Translations under genes and position numbers: made by a program
Part shown: positions 38,011 through 51,990 of the stretch, in pieces
Numbering within the stretch: position 1 is the stretch's first letter
Layout of the letters: each line of letters opens with the position of its first letter
DNA from: Chiloscyllium plagiosum
Lineage: Eukaryota
DNA: 64,000 nt
Direction: 5' to 3'
Assembly: GCF_004010195.1 (NCBI RefSeq)
Contig: NC_057718.1
Location: 86,858,139 to 86,922,138, forward strand
The notes under the pieces: generated by a model
Told to the model about the DNA's origin: nothing
Seen by the model: only the letters and a program-made list of their open reading frames with translations
Databases searched by the model: none

Positions 38011-40259
38011 CCAATTCAACAAAAGCGAATAAGGCACATAAAACATTTTAATGCCTCTGTAGGATTTTTCTCCTGGATTGCTCCCAGTCATACTCTGGAG
38101 ACTAGTCTTTAACTCCTGGAGACTTCAGAACAACCCTGGAGGGTTGGCACCCCCAGAGCTGAATGAATCACAGTGCGTAGTCAGCAGAACCAAGTAATGG
38201 TGCCAGAGGAGCAGCAGGTTCCTGATCCCTAACTCAGAGGGTTCAATTATGAAGACAGGTTGCTTGAAGTTTGCAGCCTACATGTGAAATGCAGAGGAGT
38301 GAGAATTTCTGAGTTTTGTATTGTACCCATTGTACGTTTTTAACTTGTCTTGTATTTCCTTGCATTTAAATGGAAAAGGTTGATATACTCCAGCTGTTTA
38401 AAATATTGTACGTATTCAATCAGATAAATGAAAAAATATTTTCTCTGATGGAACAATATAGAACAAAGGGCAAACAAAATTAAAATTGGTTCTAGGCTAT
38501 GCAATAATAAATTCAGGAAACACTTTTTTTAAAAAAACACCAGAAGATGAATGAAATGCTGGATGTCTCTTCGCACCTGCCACCCCTTTCCGCCTTCCGC
38601 AAAGACCGTTCCCCAATCCATGCACCCTAACATCCCCCAGAAAAGCTGTTCTGCCTCAAACCAGCAAGGTTGAAATGTGAAGTTGCTAGATTTTTGATGG
38701 AAAGTGTATCAATTGATATTGTATCAGTGTGGATAAATGGAGTTAAGAAAACTATCAGTCATGATCTAATTGAACATCAGATTGGGCTTGAAGAGCTGAA
38801 TTGCCTCCTTTATCTGATGAAAGTCATACTGCTTTCATTAATGGCCTTGGGAAAGGTAGCAGAATGACAACTGACCCAGTTCTGCCAGACTTCTGGTGTT
38901 TTTCAATGGGAGGGGATGACTGTTCTTGCCGTGTTGATATTAGTTTTTTATATGAAAGTATCAATCCACATTTTCAAAAAAGAACTAAAATTTCAAACAA
39001 GACAATTTAAAACTGTGGTAAGATGTATTGGCCTGTTCTTATCTGAATGACGCTAAAGAGTGGTTTAGAAATGGGAAATGTTGAAGTCAGTTACCAGCAG
39101 CAGCATGAAATGGACTTTTGGCAAATTTAGTCTCACACACACACTTTCAGAATTCTGTACAGATGCTGGAAGACCATGTTCATGTAAACCCTCCTTTCCC
39201 ATCAATGAGAAGATGGCCCCATCAGAACAGCTTGTTTTAAAAGCCAAGGGAGCATCTTGTACAATTAATGAGAGTTTCCTTCCTACCCATCCTATGTCAT
39301 AAAGGGCTACAGAATTAGGAAGTACAGTGTGGACTGACAATCCAGAAAATGAGGGCAAGTCTCATTGCAACACTTTGAGAATTTATTTACGAGCAGCAGT
39401 AAATCATTCAGCCCTTGAGCCAACTGCACTATTCAAGGCAATCATGGCTGATCTGTATCGCCACTCCATTTACCCACCTTATTTCATGGCCCTGAATACT
39501 TTTACACAGCAAAAATTGCTATTTCCCAGGTCTTGCTGCATTTTCGAAAGGAAGAATGGCACTATCCTTTCATGTAAAGAAGTGATTCCTGACATCACAT
39601 CAGAATGATCTCGTTCAATTTTTAAGGTGCCCATGTTCTGGACTCCCCAAATGTGAATTCAGGTTGAAAAAAGTCTTAATCAAAAGTTAGCACTAGTAGA
39701 AGTGTTGGTAAAACTGTTATAAAGCCAGCCACTTGCTGATATGCTTTAGGGGAGGAACCCTGTTATCTTCACCTAGCTTTGCATATATGTGACTCTGACG
39801 CATCGTTGGCTACTTTTCTGAAGCCGCTGAAAAAGCGAATTATGTAAAGCAACAAATAGTGTCCTTGCCAGTGAAGCCCACATCCTGAGAGTGATTTTTA
39901 TCTTTAAAAAAAACAAAAATATTAGTCTTTAAGAAATCTGCTAAGGGAAGACAATTCTATACCTATGAGCACCAGTAAAATTTCGACAAACGAGTAAGTC
40001 ATTTTGATGTTTTCTTCATCCTTTCAAGCTGTTTCACAAAGAGAAATAAGAAAATGTTTCAATTATAGTAGCAGAAGGTGACCCAGATTTCAACCTACAA
40101 CAATAGAAGCAGCCCAAGGGATGCACAGCACAAATGGGAACACCCTCGGATGCATGAACTACTTAGAATTCCCAAATGAATATGGAAAGTTTTATGTGCA
40201 ACAGCTCTTGAAGAACAAAATTATTTTTATATATAATATTTTTCATTACCTTAGGACAT

Positions 40260-40650
40260 CTAGCTTTAAAGCTAGAGAAATGTTTTATAGTGGTCACTAC
40301 ACTGTTATAATGTAACAATCACGACAACCAATTTGTACGCAGATATCTATCACAATCAGTCATGGGGTAGACAGACCAATCATCTGTTTTAGAGATGATT
40401 GACCAGGATGGCAGGGAAAATTTCCCCCTTGGCTACTCTAAAATAATTTCATCACACCTTTCACATCCACCTGAGAGGGCAAAGACATTTAGTTTGATGT
40501 CTGACTGGAAAAGAGGGCATCTCCAGCAGTGCAGCATCCCTGCAGTACTGCATTGGAGTGTCAACTTGGATTATATACTCAAGCCTCAGGTGCAAGATTT
40601 GAACCCATGACTATTTGAAGCAAGAGTGTTACCATTGATCCAATGGCTGA
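40260..40650 (-). mobile_element. Deu-domain-type (SacSINE1-like) SINE, degenerate
   Basis: Minus-strand tRNA-like head followed by gacactccaatgcagtactgcagggatgctgcactg; related copies at 42800-43085/45885-45990, 46320-46600 and 55370-55760. Confidence 0.55.
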
Positions 40651-40929
40651 CACCTAACTGTTTCAGAAGGAGGTTGTTTGAGGCAGCATTTTTACATTTT
40701 ATTTTTGACTGCTTTCTTAGGAATGGAGAAGGCTGCAATGCTATGCCACTCAACTGGCACTTACATCACTACCTTCAGTCTTCCAAGCATAGCTACACGC
40801 AGGTCAAAGGTTGTAGAGAAATTAAGAGTTAATAGAGCACAAATGAGCAAAATAAAGTGGCTGCAGAGGTCCAGGTTGCTACTGGCCAGAGGTTCCTATC
40901 ATTGATTCAGCACCAAGGGGTTCATACCT

Positions 40930-41183
40930 TCCAGCCTCGGGCAACTGTCTGTGTGGAGTTTGCACATTCTCCCCGTGTTTGCGTGGGTTTCCTCTGGGTG
41001 CTCCGGTTTCCTCCCACAGTCCAAAGATGCGCAGGTCAGGTGAATTGGCTATGATAAATTGCCCATAGTGTTAGGTGCATTAGTCAGAGGGAAATGGGTC
41101 AGGGTGAGTTACTCTTTGAAGGGTCGGTGTAGACCGGTTGGGCCAAAGGCCTGTTTCCACACTGTAGGGAATCTAATCTAATC
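40930..41183 (+). mobile_element. 5'-truncated HE1/V-domain-type SINE
   Basis: Intact V-domain and (aatct)n tail. Confidence 0.85.
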
Positions 41184-41199
41184 AAACATGGGAAAGGTG

Positions 41200-42290
41200 C
41201 TGGCTTTAGTGGTATTATTATCAGACCTCCTAATCCAGAAACTCAGTTAATGCTCTGGGAACCTGGGTTAAGACCCTACCATGGCAGACAGTGCAGTTTG
41301 AATTCAATTTTTAAAAAGGTCTAGGGAAAGTAAGAATCTACTGATGACCATAAAACCATTGTCAATTGTTAGAAAGGCCCACCTGGCTCCCTAATGTCCT
41401 TCAGGGAAATAAATCTGCCATCCTCATCTGGTCTGGCCTACATTTAACTCCAAACCCACAGCAATGCGGTGGAATCTCAAATGCCCTCTGAAATGGTCTA
41501 GCCAGAGAATTTAAGAGCGGGAAGGTTATACTGGAACAGTATAAGAAATCCGTTAGGCCACAGCTGGATTATTGTATGCAAACCACATTATGGGAGGGAT
41601 GTGATTGTACCAGAGAGGGTGCAGAGGAGATTTACCAGAATGTTGCCTGCAGAGTTTCAGTTGTGAAGAGAGATTGGATAGACTAAGGTTGTTTTCCTTA
41701 CAGCAGAGGAGTTTTAAAATTTATAATTATTAGAAAGGATAAATAGGAAGAAACTTTCCCCTTTGATGGAGGGAACAATGACCAGGGACATAGATTTAAG
41801 GTACGGGAAAGAAGGTTTCAAGGAATGTCAGAAAACACTTTTTCACCCAGAGATTAGTGGGAATCTGGGACTCAATGCCTGTAAGAGTGGTAAAGGCAGA
41901 AACCCTGTTACCATTTAAGAAGTATTTAGATGTGCCAAGGCATTCAAGGCCACGGACCAAGTGCCATTAGATTAGAATAACAGTGTGGGCATGATGGGCC
42001 AAAGGGCTGTAGATCTCTATGACTATGAAAACTAGCCTCAATAATGGTGACTATCAAACCATTGTTGATTGTCATAAAAACCCATCTGATTCACTAATGT
42101 CCTTTAGGAAAGGAAATCTGCTGCCTTTACTTGATCTGGCCTACATGTGACTCCAGACCTTCAGCCATGTGGATAATTCTAAACTTCCCTCTGAAATGGT
42201 CTAGTAAGACTGTCAGTTCAAGAGCAATTAGGGACGGGCAATAAATGTGGTCTTGCCAGTGACATCCACATCCCATTAATGAATAAAAAT
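41200..42290 (+). mobile_element. Cluster: tRNA SINE (41200-41500), CR1 3' fragment (41505-42030), second SINE 3' part (42030-42290)
   Basis: SINE core occurs twice around a CR1 RT-end/3' UTR segment. Confidence 0.7.
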
Positions 42291-43089
42291 ATGGAGAGCA
42301 AAGCCCCCCAGAAACTGGTAAACATAACGTGGGCATCTCAGAAATGCCCCTATTAATATGATGAGCTGTCTTGATCCAGACTGTCTGTTTTCTTGGCCAA
42401 TTTCAGCGTGCTGGGAGATCAGAGGGGGACAGTCTGGCAGCTGGAATTCAAAGGCCTCACATCTGCCATAAGTTCATCACTGTCAGGACAGTGACATGTC
42501 TGAAGTAAGCAGGGTATCGAGGTGATATCACGTGCATCAGACACCTCCCAGGAAATGAATCGGCCAACAATCAATAGGCAATACCAAACCGCAGCACCAG
42601 ACAATGACAGAGTCACCTATAGGTCCTTTGTGGTCTCTACTCCACAGGAGGCTGGGAGCCATCAAAAGTAATATCAGCACGCCATTGGCAAAACCATGAG
42701 ACTAAGTAGCACACTTAATGATTATCTGAGGTTGTTTCGTCATTGGCTATAATGGAGCCAGAGCCTAGGAAAAGCTGATATTTGGTCAAATACATGAAGA
42801 ACTGCATTTATCTAGTGCCTTTCAGGACATAGGAGTGACATAAAGAATTTCACCACCTATGAAGTGCCAATGTTGTCACATGGGAAGCATAGCTGCCAAT
42901 TTGCACAAAGCAAGATCTCATGAAAATGAGACAATGACCTGATAATTTCCTTTATTGATGTTAAATATTGGCCAGAACACAAAGATATTAAATAATTTCC
43001 TCAGTAGTGGCAAGGCATTTTCTATGTTTACCCAAGAGGGCAGGCAGAGGGTTGAAATAACTCTTCAGAGGCCAGCATCCCATCACCAA

Positions 43090-45880
43090 TCACTTTTGTT
43101 TACAAAAGGTTAGCACTTGACAATAGCACTGCCTCCCGCTGAGTCAGGCATTGAGGACCTCAATATCCCTGACAGCAATCCTTTCTTTTGTCAGCCAAGG
43201 CTCCCTGATTGGACCAGATTAACAGCCCCCATCAGGGAACTCATATTCTATGAGTTCCAGCTGGCTGACCTTGTTATATTCAGTACAATCCCCCCCCCCC
43301 CAGTCCACAGACACGAGGTGGTCTGATTGAATAAGAGCCTCCCGAGGCACTTTAACACTGGGTCAGGGACGTACAACTCAGAATCCAACACGTGAGACAT
43401 GTGATAAATGAGAGTTCGCCTCTTGGACTTGGAGCATCTTCACTCCCTTCTTCCAGAGGCAGAAGCATCAAGGCGACTACTTCCGTAATGTCTGTCTCTG
43501 ATTCAGAGGACTCGACAATGTTTGATGGAGAGGGTGAATCTTCGGCTTGCTGAAGTATTTCTGAAGGCTTCAGGAACAGGACACATTTTGCTCCCACGCA
43601 GTCTGTGAACTTGCAGTTTTCAAATGGTCCCCATGCTTATTCAGGGCAGTTGTACCCTACTCAAACTTTATAAGTCACTGATACTGATCTTGCATCGACC
43701 ATACCTCTGATCCAGTTGGGACCATTTCCATCATTTGTGCATCAAATCTTGTCCCCTGTATCAAGCTGTCTCTCTCGCTTGGCAGAGTATTGGATTTGGT
43801 ACTGGAGTTCCTGATGCTGTTTCAGCACTATTGTTCATCCCTCCCCCCTTACCCCCACAGACCAGGAGGATCAGACCTGGCTTGTTGCAGAGTCGTCTCC
43901 CCATTAGCAACTCTGCCTGTGCTATCACTGTAGTTGCATGAGGGGTGGTCCTATAATAAAAAAGAATCATGATAACTGGTACCTAATGAGGCAGTAGGCT
44001 GTTTCTTCAGTCCTATCTTCAAACTATGGATGCTCTTTCTTCCAGGCCATTGGATGATAGATGGCATGGAACTGTCTGAATATCTCGAATCCCATTCAAC
44101 GTTAAAAAAATACCCAAATTCCCTGCTATTATCTGTAACCAATACCTTTGGGACTCAACGTGTCGCAAAAGATGTGCACAATTTTTCTATCGTTGCTCCA
44201 GTGTTTTACAAATAGACCCTATGCATATCCAACTACTGTGTCTATAATGATTAAGAACATTGAACGCATGAAAAGACCTGCATAATTGACGTGTAACTGA
44301 GTCCAAGGTCTACCCAGCTATTCCCATGATGTGGGGGAATTGCTATTGGTAACTTTTGCCCTTGTTGACACTGTGGGCACTGCTCCCCCAACACAGCTCT
44401 GTTCGCATCCAAGCCTGGCCACCAGGCATAACTCCCTCATCAATATCTTCATGATGGAGTCCAGCCAATACTTAACAGCAGCCTTTGCTCAGGACAATCA
44501 CACTCATTCCCTATAACGATATGCCATCCTCTACCACGAGCTGGTCTCCCCAGATCCATAAAGGTTTTAATTCTAGCTGCGACAGCCTTTTGGTTTCCCT
44601 GATTAATACTAATTGTTTCAGTTTTAAAAGGACTGGACCTTGCTGCATCCAAAATCTCATATTGTCAGCTGTGTGATATTATAGCGTGTCCAGAAAATTC
44701 AATATTATAACTGACCCGCTACCTGGCCTCCTGGACAGTGTTCTAATTTTTAATTAGAAGCACTTAGTATTAGAATGCTGAATGCAGCCTGAAGCTATGG
44801 GCAGCACTGCTTTGTCCTCTTTGAGAAACTAAATATAGGTTTGTGCTCTGAGATTATCAAACATTTTCACCCGTAAAGGTATTGATGGAACTTTTTGACT
44901 CCAAATGTGACTGTCAGTCCTTCTTTTTCTACTTGGGCGTATACAATCTGCATTAGCCAAGGTTTTGGATGCATAAGTATTCCTCTCCAGTGGGCTTCCT
45001 ATGAGCTCATACCATTCCAATGCCATATGGGGAGGCTCCTCACGTGTCAATACCAGATCTTTCTTGGGATCATGCTGTGCCAGCACATTAGAGGATGATA
45101 GTGGGCGGCACGGTGGCAAAGTGGGCGGCACGGTGGCACAGTGGTTAGCACTGCTGCCTCACAGCGCTAGAGACCTGGGTTCAATTCCCGACTCAGGCGA
45201 CTGACTGTGTGGAATTTGCACATTCTCCCCGAGGGGAATGGGTGGGTTGCGCTTCGGCGGGTCAGTGTGGACTTGTTGGGATGAAGGGCCTGTTTCGACA
45301 CTGTAAGTAATCTAATCTAATAGTTACTTCTGTACTTCATCGAAAGCTAGGGCCCGTCAGTAAGATGATTTCCAAGGCTGAGCCTTTTTTAGCAGTTGAT
45401 GCAATGGTGCAAGGTTGTAAATGAACTTTCTGTAATCATTTACCAGGCCTAGATATTACCTCAGCTCATTCACAGATGAGGGAGCCAGGGCACCTTTGAT
45501 CAGCCCAGTCTGGTTGGCCCTGGATCCCAAGTAGGTCACTTGAGGGGCCTGGAACACACATTTTCCCTTCTAAGGTGTACGCGTGCCTCAGAAAAATATC
45601 TTCGGACAATATCCAAGTTCTCTAAGTGTTCCTTATTAATTTTCCCTGCTGTCAGGACATCATCCAGGTAAATGTTGACCTGAGATAGACCTTGCAAAAT
45701 GTTCTCCATCATCCAATGAAAAATTGAAAATGCTGAAGATATGCCAAATGGCAGTCTTGTATATCAGTATGAGCTCTAATGGGTTTCATTTGTAGCCTAC
45801 TTCTGAGAATCCTGGTCTAAATCTAATTGCAAGTATGCACAGCTCATGTCCAGCTTTATGTAAGATAAGCCTCCTACCAG
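43090..45880 (-). mobile_element. Decayed Gypsy-type LTR retrotransposon: RT-RNaseH-integrase-PPT-3' LTR
   Basis: RT RLPFGISS...IYLDDVL; RNase H HDPKKDLVLT; integrase YRTTPHATT...AELLMGRRL; minus-strand G12 polypurine tract (43290-43301) then AT and TGT LTR start at 43287. Confidence 0.85.
45103..45320 (+). mobile_element. HE1/V-domain-type SINE nested in the Gypsy element, with duplicated 5' end and internal deletion
   Basis: gtgggcggcacggtggca twice in tandem; (aatct)n tail; atagt on both sides. Confidence 0.8.
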
Positions 45881-47244
45881 CTAAAACAGCTGCACTCCCT
45901 CACTATGAGTGCCAGCTTAGATTGTGTACTCATATCTCTGGCACAGGACTTGGACTCTCAATTTTGTCATTCAAAAGGAATTCCTGAGTGTATTTGGACA
46001 GTATATTCTGCAGATATTTTTTAAATGGTAATACAGGCACTCTCTATATCAGTGTCTGGTACCGTAATCTGCCAGGCTATTCTGTGCAGCCAGATTCCGC
46101 GTTCTCACTTACCATTTTTCTGGCTGCTATGTGGCTGCAGAATGCTGCAGCTCTTCTTGTTCCATGTATCGGTCTCCTTCGAGAATGAAAGCTATAAGGC
46201 TTATGTTTGTTGAGACCTTGTGAGAAGAGCTATGTGGGTATACAACCCCCAATCTCTCACAGCGTTGGGAATTCATCTTCATTACCCAACGGCATTCCCT
46301 GATGGCAGAATAGGCTCTTGCAATTTGCATTTATACAGTGCCTGTCACGACCTCAGGACATCTTGAAATGCCTTCCATCCACTGAAATGCTTTTGAAACG
46401 TAGTCACTACATTTATGTAGGAAGAAACAGATGAGAGTATGTGTACAACAGGATTCCACAACAGTATTGTAGCAATTATCATAGATATCTTTTTCTCACT
46501 ATTCAGAGATAAGTATGGGCCAGCAGGGTAAGGAATGATTTCGTACCCTGCTTTAAAATAGAAGCATGGGATCTTTTTGCATTCACTTGATTGTCTCAAA
46601 GGTATCCGAGAAAGATTGTGCCAAGGCTTGATGATGGTAGACTTGGTTTCCCAGGAAACCACCCTCCTTTTAAAAATAAGGCGAGCATCAAGCAGAAGCA
46701 TTGTGTAAGGATGGAGGCATTGACTTGCTCGATTTGGTGCTGGTGATCAGAATTGAGACTACCATACCAAAGACAAAGTGAAGGTGTTTCTGTATTCTGC
46801 ATAACGCCCAAATACCATATGAATGCAATAAACAACACACACAAACACAAAGCAGGTTATACTGTATAGCCCCTTCATCCTGCTGTTCCTCAGACTTAGA
46901 CTGTACATTAGCACCTCCATGAGATGCAAATTGTTGACCCCTTCCCCCTCATCCTTTGTGACAGTCGAAGGTTCACTGTTCAATGGATGCTAATGGCTGG
47001 TACATCTTGCTAAGTGTCTTACTTCTGCAGTAAGTAGTAGAGCACCAATGATGACTTCCGGAAAGACCTTAGCCTATTAAGGAACTGCTACTGAATCAGC
47101 CTCAAGTAGCTCAAGTAGCAGTGTCAAGACAGTACACAAAATGAGTAGTGAGTAATAGCAACATAAGAACAGGAGTAGGCCAATCAGCCCCTCAAGCTTG
47201 TTCTACCATTCAATGAGATTGCAGTTTATGGCCTAACTCCATAT

Positions 47245-49280
47245 AGACTCATAGAGGCAGAGAGAGGTACAGCACAGAAACACCCCTTTCGGTCCAACTT
47301 GTCCATGCCGATCAGATATCCTAAATTAATCTAGTCCCATTTACCCGCACTTGGCCCATATTCCTCTAAACCCTTCCTAATCATACACCCATCCAGATGC
47401 CTTTTAAATAATACGCTCCAGGGAAAACTACCCTAGTCTATTCAGCCTCTCCCTTTGGCTCAAATCCTCCAACCCTGGCAACATCCTTGTAAATATTTTC
47501 TGAACCCTTTCAAGTTTAGCAACATTCATCCAATAGGAAGGAGACCAGAATTGCACGCAATATTCCAACAGTGACCGAGCCAACATCCTGTACAGCCGCA
47601 ACATTACCTCCCAACTCCTGTACTCAATACTCTGACCAATAAAGGAAACATACCAAACGCCTTCTTCACTGCCCTATCTACCTGCAACTCTACTTTCAAG
47701 GAACTATGAACCTGCACTCCAAGGTCAATTTGTTCAGCAACTCTCCCGAGGACATTACCATTAAGTGTATAAGTCCTGCTAAGATTTGCTTTTTTAAAAT
47801 GCAGCACCTCGCATTTATCTGAATTAAACTCCATCTGCCACTCCTCAGCCCACTGGCCCATCTGATCAAGATCCCATTGTACTCTGAGGTAACCTTCTTC
47901 GATGTCCACTACACCTCCAATTTTGGTGTCATCTGCAAACTATACCTCCTATGTTAATCCAAATCAGTTATATAAATGATGAAAAGTAGTGGACCCAGCA
48001 CTGATCCTTGTGGCACTCCACTCGTCACAGACCTTCAATCTGAAAAATGAACCTCCACCACAACCCTCTACCTTCTACCTTCAAGCCAGTTCTGTATCCA
48101 AATGACTAATTCTCCCTGTATTCCATGAGATCTAAGCTTGCTAATCAGTCTCCCATGGGGAACCTTGTCGAACGCCTTACTGAAGTCCATATAGATCACA
48201 TCTAGTGCTCTTCCCTCATCAATTCTCTTTGTTACTTCTTCAAAAAGCTCAATCACGTTTGTGAGACATGATTTCCCACACACAAAGCCATGTTGACTAT
48301 CCCTAATCAGTCCTTGCCTTTCCAAATACATGTAGATCCTGTCCCTCAGGATTCCCTCCAACAACTTGCCCACCACCTATGTCAGGTTCACTGGTCTATA
48401 GTTCCGTGGCTTGTCCTTACCACCTTTCATAAACAGCGGCACCACATCAGCCAACCAACTTCTGGCACCTCACCTCACCTGTGACTATCAATGATATAAA
48501 TATCTCAGCCAGGGGCCCAGCAATCACTTCCCTAGCTTCCCACAGAGTTCTCAGGTACACCTGATCAGGTCCTGGGGATTTATCCACTTTTATGCTTTTC
48601 AAGACATCCAGCACTTCCTCCTCTGTAATATGGAAATTTTTCAAGATGTCACTATCTATTTCTCAACATTCTATATCTTCATGTCCTTCTCCACAGTAAA
48701 CACTGATGCAAAATACTCGTTTAGTATCTCTCCCATCTCCTGCGGCTCCACACATAGGCTGCCTTGCTGATCTTTGAGGGGCCCTAATCTCTCCATAGTT
48801 ACCCTTTTGTCCTTAATGTATTTATAAAATCCCTTTGCATTCTCCTTAACCCTATTTGCTAAAAATATCTCTTGTCCCCTTTTTGACCTCCTGATTTCCC
48901 TGTTGAGTATACTCCTACTGTCTTTATACTTGGTCTCTGCTGTCTATACCTTCTTTCTCTTAATCAAACCCTCAATTTCTCTCATCATCCGGCATTCCCT
49001 ACACCTACCAGCCTTCCCTTTCACCCGAACAAGAATATACTGTCTCTGGATTCTCGTTTTCTCATTTTTGAAGGCTTCCCGTTTTCCAGCTGTCCCTTTA
49101 CCTGCCATATACCTGCCACAAAAACAGAAATTGCTGGAGAAAATCAGCAGGTTTAGCAGCATTTGTCTTTAGAAATGATCTCCCATGCAGAAAGCCATGC
49201 TGACTATCCTAATCAGTCCTTGCCATTCCAAATACATGTAAATCCAGTCCCTGAGGATTCCCTCCAACAATTTGCCCACA
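47245..49280 (-). mobile_element. CR1 LINE ORF2 (RT domain), fragmented
   Basis: DKSPGPD, SQHGFVCGKSCLTN, DVIYMDFSKAFDKVPH, FADDTK, WQMEFNSDKCEVLHF; 49170-49280 is a second copy of the 48260-48375 segment. Confidence 0.92.
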
Positions 49281-49289
49281 ACACTCCAG

Positions 49290-49636
49290 GTGCAGTGGTG
49301 ATAGCTGAGTAGTATTATCACTGGACTATTAATCCAGAGACCCAGATAAAGTCCAGGGATCCGGGTTTGAATCCTGCCATGGCAGATGATAGAATTTGAA
49401 CTCAATTTTTAAAAATCTGGAATTAAGAGTCTAATGATGACCATGAATCCATTGTTGGGAACAATCTATCTGGTTCCCTAATTCTCTTTAGAGAAGGGAA
49501 CTTCCATCCTTACCTGGTCTGGCCTACATGTGACTCCAGGCCCACTGCAATGTGGTTAACTCTCAAGAGCCCTCTGGGCAATTAGAGATGGGAAATGAAT
49601 GCTAACCAGTGATGCTCTCTTCCTATGAATGAATTA
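49290..49636 (+). mobile_element. tRNA-derived SINE, full length
   Basis: Head with gggtttgaatcc B box, conserved core, (atga)n tail. Confidence 0.78.
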
Positions 49637-50299
49637 AGTGAAGAAAGGTCCAGTGATCCTCTTCAGAAGTAACCGTCCTTTGGCTCATATTCATTAATAC
49701 TCTTGCTTAACAAAAATTTACCCATCTTGGACTTAAAACTAATAACTAATCTAACAACAAATGCCATTTGGATCAGCCAGTTCTGCCGCTGGGATAACTG
49801 ACTGAACTATCCACTTTAAATTTCAATATCCTGAAGGTCTGTGATACAGCAATCCACTAATACAATGCTCAGTTCATATGACCACATCTCCCCCATCAAA
49901 ACGACAGCACTTGTTCAGTGCTATCGAATGTGACACTGCAATCTCTTGACAAACTCAACCAATTTGATATAGGGCTTCACTAGTTCAGGGTTTGGAAACA
50001 TAATGGTTATGTTACTATATCAGGGAGTGCAAGTTTGAATCTGACCATGCCAGTTTGAGGAAATGAATTCCAATTTTTAAAAAAGGACATTAAAGAAAAC
50101 TGGCATCCGCAACAGACCTCCATTTAAAATTCCATTGCCTTATTTTATTTGATTGACATTAAGACAGAAACAGACATTAAATTTTGATTGAGTGACGATT
50201 ATAACATCCTTGGCACCCGCCACACTCTCTATCCTGCTCCCTGGTCACTGTCACAAACTGAATAAGACACAACTAAACACTACATTAAAATCCTAATCC

Positions 50300-50570
50300 T
50301 CTCCATCAAAAAGTCCACTTGGGTCTATCTCGTTATATAATAAAAACCTCCCTTTACTTCAGCCCACCTGTGTTCAAACATGCATTTGTCACCTCAAGAA
50401 TCAACTATTCAAGTTCTCTCCTTGGCCACTTTTCATCAACTTCCTTTCACTCACTTCAAGTCATCCAAAACTCAGCTATTCTTAATATATTCCTGCCAAG
50501 TCTCAATGCTCAATCACTCCCATCCTCAATGATCTACAGGTCCCATAAAATTCAAACTTAAAACTCTTCA
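50300..50570 (+). mobile_element. L2 LINE RT C-terminal fragment
   Basis: HAFVTSRINYSSSLLG...LQVIQNSA matches the L2 pattern HAFVxSRLDYCNSLL...LQxIQNxA. Confidence 0.7.
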
Positions 50571-50689
50571 ATCTAACAAAAACAAAAATGCTTGAAATGT
50601 TCAGCAGGCCAAGCATCTTCTGTGGAAAGAAATGGAGTTGGTTTTTCAAGTTGAGGTGACCTTTCAGCATTCTGGCTGATGAAAACTGG

Positions 50690-51990
50690 CTTTTATCTGA
50701 AAGGATGAGGTTGATTGGAAGAATATTGAGCTGGATAAATGATGGATGTATGGCTGTATCAATTGATCAATGGGTGGTTACATTAACAAATCTGTAGAAG
50801 AAAGGGTAGTTGTCCATGTTGCTGGTTAGACGGTTAGAAGGAAGGATAAGTAGCTGGATGAATGACTGGCTGGCTGGATGATTTGCTTGGAAATTTATTG
50901 TTTGGATAATTGAATAAAAGAATGCCTTGTTGAATTATGCCCATCTGGATTATTGATTAGAAGTAGCCTGTCTATTTGATGTTCTGGTTGGACACCTAGT
51001 TAGACGTCTAGGTGGGTACTGGTCAACTGAATAGTTGGATGTTTGGTTAATTTCTATTTGATTGGTTACTTGGATAATAGGTTAGACTAACGGATACCTA
51101 GATTATAGGTTAGATGAATGTAAGAATTGAAAGGATGAAAAATCCAATAATAAATCACTGGCTGACTGAATAAAGAGTTATCTAGATGTACATACTCCTG
51201 TTATTCTTATTTCATGTATTATTCTCATATGTAGCTTGGCACAGCAAAAGGTTTGGTTTTGCATGCAGTACAGGCAGATCACACCATACAAAGTGCTTTA
51301 GGGTAATAGAACAGAGCAAAGAATGCAATGTTACAGCTGCAGAGAATGTGCACAAAGAATGAGATCAACACTTAAATTTATAATTTGACAAGTCCATTCA
51401 GAAGTCTGATCAAAGCAAGGAAGACGCTGTTCTTGAATCTTTTGGTTCATGTATTTAAGCTTTTGTACCTTCTGCCTGACAGAAGAGGTTGGGAGAGATT
51501 ATAACTGGGCTGGCAGGGGTCTTTGATCATGTTGGCTGCCTTTCCCAGGCAGCGAGAAGGATAAATGAAGGTACAAAAGTATGGATGGAATATAGGTGTT
51601 AACCTGTTTTGATTGAGTGGCTGGGTAATTTGATAGGCTGCTAGCTGATTGGTGGAATGGCTCATTGGCTGGATATAGTGCAGAATGTATTGATGAATAG
51701 ATAGAGATATTGAAGAGAAGATGATTGGTGGTAGGATGTCTGGCCCACTGGCTTGATGAGTAGATGGATCAATTGATATGTGCATCACTGGATAAAGGCT
51801 GATAGGTGTGCCAAATGTTTGGAGAGGTAGATTGCCAGCAAGGTACTTGAATGGCTAGCTACATGAAGATACAGTCTGCTGGATAGATTAATGTCTGGCT
51901 GGTTTAGTGAGAGATTGGATAGATGGAGAGGTAGTTGGTTGGTTTGTTGGGGTGGGGGGGGGGGGAATTGTTGCTTGTTTGGAATAAAAA
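50690..51990. repeat. Degenerate (TGGA/TTGG/TAGA)n low-complexity tract, interrupted by a Rex1-like 3' fragment (~51210-51560, minus)
   Basis: G/T-skewed, roughly 4-nt-periodic sequence; the insert resembles 10951-11300. Confidence 0.55.
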
